In this document: positions 50,102-56,712 of the stretch, piece after piece | Layout: each line of letters starts with the position of its first letter | How positions within the stretch are numbered: position 1 is the stretch's first letter | Virus record (IMG/VR): IMGVR_UViG_3300032257_000004 | Span: 27,317-91,316 of that record | Length of the DNA stretch: 64,000 nt | DNA from: a virus | Reading direction: 5' to 3' (one strand) | Program-made: the position numbers and the translations under genes | The notes under the pieces: generated by a model | What the model saw: only the letters and a program-made list of their open reading frames with translations | The model's database searches: none | What the model was told of the DNA's origin: nothing

Positions 50102-50886
50102 GCTTTGCCTCTTTTTTCCATATAAAGATCGAGAATGATCGGGAATTTCTCGGATTGTCCAAGCAACTCAAATATCGCCGCAGCATAGTCCCGAATTTCC
50201 TTTTGCGCGTCTGGATGCCAGCGCAGGTCCATAAATTTGAACAGATTCCATAGGCTCACGGAAGCTACCATTTCTGAGTAAATCCCCACCGGCATCACGC
50301 ATCGGGCTACTTCTCTTGGAACTCCCATTTCAAGCAAGTTTCGATAAGAATAATCTGCCGCCCGGTACGCTCTTTCGATTTCCTTCAGCGCCGCAACATC
50401 TTCCTCGGTATATTCGCCCGAGATAACTCGGGACTGGTGGTTTTTCGTTGACTGAACTCCGATTTCATCCACCCTCGGCATCCAGTAATGGGGCGGCAGA
50501 GCCTTGTAGCGCGCCGACTCCTCATTGAACGACCAAACCCGGTGCCGGTGCCACTCGCGGTACACGAAAATGGGGGCTTTAACCCACAATTTCACGTAAG
50601 TTTTTTCGAACGGAGTGGAATGGCAGGGGTTCGACATGAACAAATGCCGCAACAGTCGCGGATCGTTCATCTTGCCATCGCCCTTGTCTGGCCTCCATGC
50701 GGCCTCCGGCTGTACCCGTGCGTCGCGGGCTACTGAGGCATCAGACCCGGCGACATCGATCAAGGAGACGTATCCGTACGGCCCCACGGGTACATACGGA
50801 TGGTCCTGTGGATAGGTCCACTCTCCCACCATTTCTTTGGTCGTTTTGTCTAACTGACCGTAATCGTGTCTTTTCCACTCACTCAA
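50098..50886 (-). CDS. thyX: FAD-dependent thymidylate synthase
   Basis: HSTPFE, RHRVWSFNEESARY, PREVARCVMP, AQKEIR; TTG start inferred. Confidence 0.93.
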   Translation of the reverse strand: MSEWKRHDYGQLDKTTKEMVGEWTYPQDHPYVPVGPYGYVSLIDVAGSDASVARDARVQPEAAWRPDKGDGKMNDPRLLRHLFMSNPCHSTPFEKTYVKLWVKAPIFVYREWHRHRVWSFNEESARYKALPPHYWMPRVDEIGVQSTKNHQSRVISGEYTEEDVAALKEIERAYRAADYSYRNLLEMGVPREVARCVMPVGIYSEMVASVSLWNLFKFMDLRWHPDAQKEIRDYAAAIFELLGQSEKFPIILDLYMEKRGKA

Positions 50887-51512
50887 TTTGCCGCTCCAAG
50901 TTCTATTAGTGTTTCTATGATCTGGCGCTCCGTCTCCCCGGATTCGCACCACTGGACATTTTTCGGCATATTAATGATCTGCCGGTAAAGGTGGGTTGAA
51001 TTGAGAGTGTCCTTGCCAATCCCGTGCCTGCCATCCGGAAATTGGACCGCCTTGAAATCCGCGCTGTTGGCCCCTACTCTCCACAGATCAATATCCATCG
51101 TGTTAGTGTTCGCTACAATCCATGCCCACTGGCTGACTTTGCCGATCGAATCCAGCACATATAAGTCGTTGGAAACGTCGACTCCGGACATGGCTCTTCG
51201 AACCCATGCTGCGGGGTCCACCCTCTCGATAAGATTCGCAGCGTCGATAAACAACTCCCGTACAGTGATTTCCTCCGCTTTGCACATGTCGCGAACGATA
51301 GGGCTAGCGATCAGAGAATTATGGGAATTGTCAGGATGAAAAACTTGGTCTTTAATGTCCTCCAGAGTGTCGACGCTAACGTTTAGAGATTCAGCGATGA
51401 ACGACTTGAAAGACCGTGCGAGATTGAGTTTGGTAAAGCCCCAATACTCGACGAGATAATCAGCAATCCAAGTTTTCCCGGCTCTAGGGGGTCCGTTAAG
51501 ACAGATTAACAT
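50883..51512 (-). CDS. second dNMP kinase-like P-loop protein
   Basis: MLICLNGPPRAGKT; GGAGG RBS. Confidence 0.7.
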   Translation of the reverse strand: MLICLNGPPRAGKTWIADYLVEYWGFTKLNLARSFKSFIAESLNVSVDTLEDIKDQVFHPDNSHNSLIASPIVRDMCKAEEITVRELFIDAANLIERVDPAAWVRRAMSGVDVSNDLYVLDSIGKVSQWAWIVANTNTMDIDLWRVGANSADFKAVQFPDGRHGIGKDTLNSTHLYRQIINMPKNVQWCESGETERQIIETLIELGAAN

Positions 51513-51535
51513 GAGTTTCCTCCGATAGTGACTAC

Positions 51536-51564
51536 ATACTACCACACCCAACCCACTCACACAA
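51536..51564 (-). promoter_or_regulatory. promoter for the kinase-thyX-purZ-datZ-helicase operon
   Basis: TTGTGT-17-TAGTAT with TGTGG extension. Confidence 0.55.
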
Positions 51565-51573
51565 CGGTGCATT

Positions 51574-51996
51574 ATGGCGAATAGCGAAAAAGACGTTTAC
51601 AAAGAAGTTAAGAAAATCGTTCGATCGAGACTGAAGGGCAGATGCCTGAAGATCAGCGATCGACACATTGCCGGAATTGTCGACCTATACACCTGCGACA
51701 ACGCTTTCGGGCCCACTTGGATCGAGGTTAAATACGAGACCAACCCGAAGATGGCCAAAACCAAAATCAAACTTAAAATGACGGCTCTCCAGCGCAATTT
51801 CATCCGGGAAGAGCAGGCTTGCGGCGGTAAGGCCGGGTGGCTCCTGTGCGTGAAGGTTAAACCCCGGCTCTGGCGGTATTACGCGGGCAGCGATGCGAGC
51901 GTAACGGAAGTCAGCCAGCGGTCGTTCATTCAAGAGCGCAAAGCGGGAGAGGCTCTCAATATCATTCGGGTTTTGGAGACAATTCATAATGTTTAA
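51574..51996 (+). CDS. PD-(D/E)xK nuclease (VRR-NUC/resolvase-like)
   Basis: AGIVDL...WIEVK...TALQ. Confidence 0.75.
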   Translation: MANSEKDVYKEVKKIVRSRLKGRCLKISDRHIAGIVDLYTCDNAFGPTWIEVKYETNPKMAKTKIKLKMTALQRNFIREEQACGGKAGWLLCVKVKPRLWRYYAGSDASVTEVSQRSFIQERKAGEALNIIRVLETIHNV

Positions 51997-52162
51997 GGAG
52001 AGGGCGAAGGGCTCGGACGCAAGCTAGCATGTACGACTCCTTCGCCTTTCCGTCCATTTCTCGCCACCGAACTGTCATTCCCGACACCATGGCCTCGGCC
52101 ATCTCGAACATGATATCCTCGTCAATGGCAACTCCCCCGCCGATTAGGACTTGCGAACTCAT
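51962..52162 (-). CDS. hypothetical protein
   Basis: GAGG RBS; overlaps the upstream stop. Confidence 0.55.
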   Translation of the reverse strand: MSSQVLIGGGVAIDEDIMFEMAEAMVSGMTVRWREMDGKAKESYMLACVRALRPLLKHYELSPKPE

Positions 52163-52422
52163 TCGAGGTCCTCGGGTGCCTCAATGAAGAGCCCGATTTC
52201 TTTGGCCCATTGAGAGTCGACAACTCCGTCCTCAATCATAATTCCGATTAACTTTTCAAGGGTGGCGATGGACTGCGACGCATAGTCGTCATAACAGTCT
52301 TTTAGAAACTTGATATCCTCCATGGCGTTCAAATCCGGGTCGACACTACACCGGGCCCGTTGAAAAGATATTCTAGACGCCGCCAGCGTCTCCAGAAGGA
52401 TCGTAAAACTCAGGTCTCGCAT
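52159..52422 (-). CDS. hypothetical protein
   Basis: GGAG RBS. Confidence 0.55.
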   Translation of the reverse strand: MRDLSFTILLETLAASRISFQRARCSVDPDLNAMEDIKFLKDCYDDYASQSIATLEKLIGIMIEDGVVDSQWAKEIGLFIEAPEDLE

Positions 52423-52939
52423 TTCTAAGAGTCTCCATGAATTCCAGAAAGTCTTTCTCGTCCATCGAGCCCTTCGCGAGATTGCAAGTTACACTCACGA
52501 ATTGTACGTTGCCCTCGACATAACCTTCGGAACTATTTATCCGATCTATAGAAGCCAACTTGTGGGGCTTGACCTTTATATTGGCGTGGCTCTGGAGTTT
52601 CAACTTGATTCCAGTATACCGGCACCGCCCCTTTTGGTGTCTCCATAGCTGCTTAATATACACAGGATCGATGGTTACGTCTATGCCGGATTTGCGGGAC
52701 CGATTCTTAAGGCTGTTGTAGTAGTATCGGTAGGGGTCGTGAGTTCCCCGCTTCTTGTCCGCGTACGAAATTAATCGGTCAACTGCTTTTCGATATTTGG
52801 TAGCGCATCCAATGGAGCAAAAGAATTCGATCTGGCCACGAACGAGACCCTTGCGGGCGTCTCCCCAAGGTTTCATGAACTGAACTTCACAATTGGCGCA
52901 TACCATTGGAATTCGACGCATGGGGGGATTGCACACCAT
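52373..52939 (-). CDS. HNH-like (homing-type) endonuclease
   Basis: QKGRCRYTG...SIDRINSSEGY..GNVQFV...NLAK; N-terminal CxxC/FCS..C. Confidence 0.75.
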   Translation of the reverse strand: MVCNPPMRRIPMVCANCEVQFMKPWGDARKGLVRGQIEFFCSIGCATKYRKAVDRLISYADKKRGTHDPYRYYYNSLKNRSRKSGIDVTIDPVYIKQLWRHQKGRCRYTGIKLKLQSHANIKVKPHKLASIDRINSSEGYVEGNVQFVSVTCNLAKGSMDEKDFLEFMETLRNARPEFYDPSGDAGGV

Positions 52940-52977
52940 GGAGAGTATTCGGTCAACAGAATGTATTGAACCCCATC

Positions 52978-53006
52978 TTGATGTACCTATCCACCTATGG
53001 TATGGT
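52978..53006 (+). promoter_or_regulatory. tmRNA promoter
   Basis: TTGATG-17-TATGGT. Confidence 0.6.
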
Positions 53007-53012
53007 GATCTC

Positions 53013-53075
53013 GCTTTTTATGAGGCTCCTAGCTATTGCCACTGGACGCGGGTGCAATTCCCGCCGCCTCCACCA
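53013..53075 (+). ncRNA. ssrA: two-piece tmRNA, acceptor piece (5' end approximate)
   Basis: T arm GCGGG-TGCAATT-CCCGC, then CGCCTCC-ACCA; pairs with GGGGGCG at 53255, including the G3:U70 Ala determinant. Confidence 0.9.
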
Positions 53076-53254
53076 TGAATGCACCTAGAAGGGGTTTAGT
53101 CGGCTAAGGCTAACCGCTTCGAACATACTAAGCCGTCCGGTGTTAGTCCACTGGAAAACAAAGCGGCGGGACGCTAATCCCGCAGATGCCACTCCCCCGG
53201 CTGGGTGGCCTTCCCGTTGGGGATGTAGCTTAAGTAGTACGGTGCGTTCTTGAT

Positions 53255-53428
53255 GGGGGCGAATTAGGTATCGACAGGGTAAGATCGAAGAGAAGAGAAA
53301 GCCGGGTGAGGCCCGCTATAGGCTCAAATTCAATAAATGTCAACGATAACGACATTGTGGAGCAGGAGCAGCTTCTCGCTGCGTAACGTTTCCGGGGCAA
53401 GGGGGTGCCTAGCAACAGAAACCCCCAC
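53255..53428 (+). ncRNA. ssrA: two-piece tmRNA, coding piece; tag (A)VNDNDIVEQEQLLAA
   Basis: GGGGGCGAA...TCGAC 5' end; tag frame 53339-53386 after ATAAAT; GCAACAGAA 3' motif. Confidence 0.9.
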
Positions 53429-53460
53429 TTAATAGCAATCGGTGTAGCGCTGCACCGCTA

Positions 53461-53510
53461 GAAAGCCCCCGGTTCTTCTCCTTCGTTGTGGCCGGGGGCT
53501 TTCGTTTATT
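53461..53510. terminator. bidirectional terminator; its loop is antisense to the early-gene RBS motif
   Basis: Stem 53461-53473/53491-53503, loop TCTTCTCCTTCGTTGTG. Confidence 0.75.
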
Positions 53511-53757
53511 AAGACATCAGGGTGGCGAGTCTAACCACGGTCAGCGCCATTATAAAAAGCCCCGCGAAAAAGGTAATCTTGCCCATCAACACGGACGACT
53601 TATACTCCATCTCGTTCATCTCCGTGCGGAGGCAGTTGTCCCCGTCCAGCATTCCCCGGATCGAAGCGTTGCGCCAAATCTGGCACATTCGGACGTGGGT
53701 AAAGAGCGTAACCATCCAGACAACGACTGTAATAACTAGCAAAACGTAATACCACAT
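53509..53757 (-). CDS. small membrane protein (2 TM)
   Basis: MWYYVLLVIT...; GGAG RBS. Confidence 0.6.
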   Translation of the reverse strand: MWYYVLLVITVVVWMVTLFTHVRMCQIWRNASIRGMLDGDNCLRTEMNEMEYKSSVLMGKITFFAGLFIMALTVVRLATLMS

Positions 53758-53773
53758 TGGGATATTTCTCCAT

Positions 53774-53811
53774 AAAAGTGGGGCCCGAGCCTTTCGACCC
53801 GAGCCCCGATT
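53774..53811 (-). terminator. intrinsic terminator after Ro60
   Basis: GC-rich hairpin with GAAA-containing loop followed by CTTTTAT on the - strand. Confidence 0.65.
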
Positions 53812-53815
53812 GGTG

Positions 53816-55480
53816 TTAGTCGCGGAGGAAGGACTCCACGATATTGTAGGCGCTGGCATCAAAGCCTGAGACCTGCAGATTAAGCGGGTCATCCGGCAGT
53901 TGAGCAGTACCCGCCCGCGAACCGGCCAGTTGCATTTCGACCGCCTTGCAGTTCGGGTTCCGCTTGCGACGGTATTCGTCGCACATCTGGAAGGTATGCC
54001 GCCATCCGGCCCATGATTCGGAGTCGGTGAGCATTACCACCGCATCAAAATCGTTCTTGGCCTTAAGCGCCACATCGAATGGGATAGCACAGTTAGTGCC
54101 TCCGCCCGACCTTGCTTGCATCACAATGCTGTCGATCGTGGTTCGCTTCGTGATCGGGATGTAGTTGTTCGCGGAGGTATCGAAGCCAATGATATGGACA
54201 TTCGACTCCATTCGAACAAAGACGTAGGCCATCAGTGCCGCGATTTCAGCGGGGTTGACCACTGCGCCCGACCAGCCCATAGAACCTGAGGTGTCGACCG
54301 CCAGAAGGGTTGGCTTGGTGATCTGGTGCCCCTCCGAGTATTTGATCGACAAATCAAAGGCGTCGGAGAGGGCCTCGACCACACGGTTAGAGGGTTTCCA
54401 CTCTCCCGACCCACGCAGCCCCCGGCCACTCGCGTACGTCCGAGCAGCATAGAGCAGGTGGAAGGGGTGAATGTTACTCCTCCGGATAGCCTCTTCATTG
54501 TTCAGGCGTTCAACGACGAATTTCTCCGCCACCGAATTGAAGTCGATAACTCCGCGTTTGGTCATGTTGCCCAAATTGCGGACCATCGCCATCATCGGCA
54601 TATGGGGAAGCAGTGCGTCCCATACCATCGGGTTTTTCAGGTCCTCAGTCGGCACCGCTTCGCGTGGAAGCCGGTGTTGCCGAATAAGGTCCAGTTTGGT
54701 CCCGATATTGTCGCTGATATGCAGAGTATTCGCCGCCGCCAACCGATCGGGCAGGCGCGCGGCCTGCTCCGGCTCGCCTTTCGGGGAGATATCGGCGTAG
54801 AGCGCGTTCTTGTCCGCTCCACCTACTGCCCACGAAATCAACGCCCGCGCTTGCACGGTGTCGGCAACATCCTCGTACTCGAAGGATGGACGGCCTTTTT
54901 TGGCCACGCCCGGTCTGGCAATACGAAGGACGTCGCGGAACGACATACCTTCGCGCTGGAAGTATTTGATGAACTGGTTTTCCAGATCGCCAACACTTCG
55001 TGTGGTGAACCATCGCGACACTTGCCGTTGCAGGCCCGACCCGCCGATCCCGCGCATCGTTTTCAGATACTGCAGGAATTTGAACAGTTGGGTGCCGGTT
55101 CGAAGCAGTGTCGGGATTTTCGACATTGCGTACGACCGTTCGTCGTCGGTGCCGTTCGAGCATGCCTGGGCGAATACATAGAGGGCTGCATCCAACTTGT
55201 GGACCCGGCCATTCGTCAGCGCTTCGTCGAGATAGTCGACGGTCGCCCGGTGCATCGCTTGAACGGCTCGGAGTGACGACTCCGCCGATTCGATGGTGAC
55301 ATCCCGCTCGTTCGCGTAGTAAGTCCCGCCTTCAGTACCGATGGTAACGAAGCGGCGCATTCGATCGAAATCCGACTGTTGGAACGCAAACGCGCCCGCG
55401 TCGTTTTTCACCATATTTTTTCCCGGCACCGCTTGGCTCTGCGGCGTCGAGTTCTGATTTACATGGTCGGTGATTCTCAT
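53816..55480 (-). CDS. rsr: Ro60/Rsr RNA-binding protein (TROVE plus vWA)
   Basis: TPQSQ..MVKNDAGAFAF..RRFVTIGTEGGTYY; MPMMAMVRNLGNMT; IHPF; MIDAS LAVDTSGSM; GGGTNC; LTDSESW. Confidence 0.95.
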   Translation of the reverse strand: MRITDHVNQNSTPQSQAVPGKNMVKNDAGAFAFQQSDFDRMRRFVTIGTEGGTYYANERDVTIESAESSLRAVQAMHRATVDYLDEALTNGRVHKLDAALYVFAQACSNGTDDERSYAMSKIPTLLRTGTQLFKFLQYLKTMRGIGGSGLQRQVSRWFTTRSVGDLENQFIKYFQREGMSFRDVLRIARPGVAKKGRPSFEYEDVADTVQARALISWAVGGADKNALYADISPKGEPEQAARLPDRLAAANTLHISDNIGTKLDLIRQHRLPREAVPTEDLKNPMVWDALLPHMPMMAMVRNLGNMTKRGVIDFNSVAEKFVVERLNNEEAIRRSNIHPFHLLYAARTYASGRGLRGSGEWKPSNRVVEALSDAFDLSIKYSEGHQITKPTLLAVDTSGSMGWSGAVVNPAEIAALMAYVFVRMESNVHIIGFDTSANNYIPITKRTTIDSIVMQARSGGGTNCAIPFDVALKAKNDFDAVVMLTDSESWAGWRHTFQMCDEYRRKRNPNCKAVEMQLAGSRAGTAQLPDDPLNLQVSGFDASAYNIVESFLRD

Positions 55481-55627
55481 GACCATACTCCCTTTCTTTC
55501 CCCAATACAAATGAGGCCCGAACAGCTTGTTTGCCATTCGGGCCTCTCGGAAAAGCCGGACTGTCGCGGGGAAACACAACGCTGTTCGGCTTTTATACAG
55601 CGACGGATTAGATCGCTGTTGTTGAGA

Positions 55628-55695
55628 GGCCGAACGTGTGAGTGCGATAGAGGAGTTTATTTTAGAAGAATAACCCTCAGTGCTTCAGTCCGACC
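55628..55695 (-). ncRNA. Y RNA-like unit E (Ro-binding stem only)
   Basis: GGTCGGACTGAAGCACTGAGGGTTAT...CACACGTTCGGCC. Confidence 0.75.
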
Positions 55696-55708
55696 AGTAT
55701 GTTAGTGC

Positions 55709-55830
55709 GGAAGAACGTGTAATGAGAACGGAGTCGCTCCCCAATTTGGAGCAGTAGCGCCCGATTTGTAGCTTTCGCCTAAGGGCGCAGGAGTCGAACC
55801 TGCTAACAACCGTTACTCTTCAGTCCTTCC
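55709..55830 (-). ncRNA. Y RNA unit D (YrlA-like: T arm, acceptor-like stem, D-like arm)
   Basis: GGACTGAAG...GCAGG-TTCGACT-CCTGC...GCTCC-AAATTGG-GGAGC...CACGTTC. Confidence 0.8.
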
Positions 55831-55843
55831 AGTATGTTAGTGC

Positions 55844-55931
55844 GAAAGAACGTGTAATGAAAACGGAGTCGCTCCCCAATTTGGAGCACAAGCGGCGAGC
55901 CTGCTGATAACCGTTACTCTTCAGTCCTTTC
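55844..55931 (-). ncRNA. Y RNA unit C (duplicate of D lacking the acceptor stem)
   Basis: Near-identical to unit D in stem and D arm; degenerate T arm GCAGG-CTCGCCG-CTTGT. Confidence 0.75.
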
Positions 55932-55985
55932 AAAAACTGGTGCCGGGGAAGATTGAAAAGCCCCACCGGCAGGCTTTCATTTAAG

Positions 55986-56123
55986 TATCCGAACGTGGTA
56001 TGGAAAGGATGTTTTACCTTGCTCTACCAGCTGAGCTATCCCCCTTCATTGGCAGGGGGAGCAGGACTCGAACCTACGACCTAGGGCTCCTAAAGCGATA
56101 ACCCTTATCCGTCAGTCCGGACA
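55986..56123 (-). ncRNA. yrlA: YrlA-type Y RNA unit B with a full permuted tRNA-like domain
   Basis: CCGGACTGAC..GGGTTATC; T arm GTAGG-TTCGAGT-CCTGC; closed acceptor TCCCCCT-GCCAATGA-AGGGGGA; D arm GCTC-AGCTGGTA-GAGC; CACGTTCGG. Confidence 0.9.
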
Positions 56124-56194
56124 CTATCTCGATTTAACCGCCACCTGTCATCTTGCATTCCCCTTTAAACTTGTAGTCGCCCTGTAAAGATAAA

Positions 56195-56258
56195 GGTGAA
56201 CGTGTGAGTGCAGTGAGGGGTCATCATTTGCCAATAACCCTCGGTGCTTCAGTCCACC
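56195..56258 (-). ncRNA. Y RNA-like unit A (Ro-binding stem only)
   Basis: GGTGGACTGAAGCACCGAGGGTTAT...CACACGTTCACC; paralog of unit E. Confidence 0.75.
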
Positions 56259-56296
56259 CTTAACTATCTCAAAGGCGACGCCGTAACGTCCCATAT

Positions 56297-56325
56297 AACC
56301 TACCACACCCACCCCTACTGCACAA
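56297..56325 (-). promoter_or_regulatory. promoter for the Y RNA array-Ro60 operon
   Basis: TTGTGC-17-TAGGTT with TGTGG extension. Confidence 0.6.
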
Positions 56326-56348
56326 GACCCCCTTCTCGAAGGCCCCCG

Positions 56349-56377
56349 TTGCGCGCCCCCGCGCGTATGTGTACTAT
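56349..56377 (+). promoter_or_regulatory. divergent promoter
   Basis: TTGCGC-17-TACTAT. Confidence 0.6.
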
Positions 56378-56400
56378 AGGGGTCTAGATGGGAGACACCA

Positions 56401-56712
56401 ATGACCAAAGACACTGAACCACTAATCGCCCCCAATTGGAACAGGGACCTGCATCTAATCATCGAGGCGCTGCAGAACGACAACCTCTGGCTGGTGGATA
56501 TGCAACTGAAGTACATCACCGTTCAAGTCGACACCCGATCCGGGGGCGCATTCGTCCTGCAGGATCGCGACGGGAACCCCGTCTCGATCGACCGACTAAT
56601 GGGGGCGCACCACGAATCCCTCGATCGATGGGGACCGGGCCGCGCGCATGTTCGCGGGCGCTCCGATGCTCCAACCGACAAACCTGCTCTTTTCAAGAAA
56701 CTGGAAAAATAA
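56401..56712 (+). CDS. hypothetical protein
   Basis: GGAG RBS; TAATG coupling to the next gene. Confidence 0.6.
   Translation: MTKDTEPLIAPNWNRDLHLIIEALQNDNLWLVDMQLKYITVQVDTRSGGAFVLQDRDGNPVSIDRLMGAHHESLDRWGPGRAHVRGRSDAPTDKPALFKKLEK

Noticed and set aside
53219-53236. GGGGATGTAGCTTAAGT resembling a tRNA-Ala 5' end
   Set aside because: No anticodon arm, T arm or matching 3' half follows.
55481-55579. N-terminal extension of Ro60 in the ORF track
   Set aside because: The RBS (AAGGGAG) precedes ATG 55480, and the extension consists of RNA hairpins.
56021-56077. tRNA gene on the - strand
   Set aside because: Arm order is T, acceptor, D with no anticodon arm, which is the YrlA permutation and not a tRNA.
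55628-56258. CRISPR-like or attC-like repeat array
   Set aside because: Units are self-pairing stems of variable length with tRNA-like arms, next to Ro60. No constant repeat-spacer period and no cas or integrase gene.
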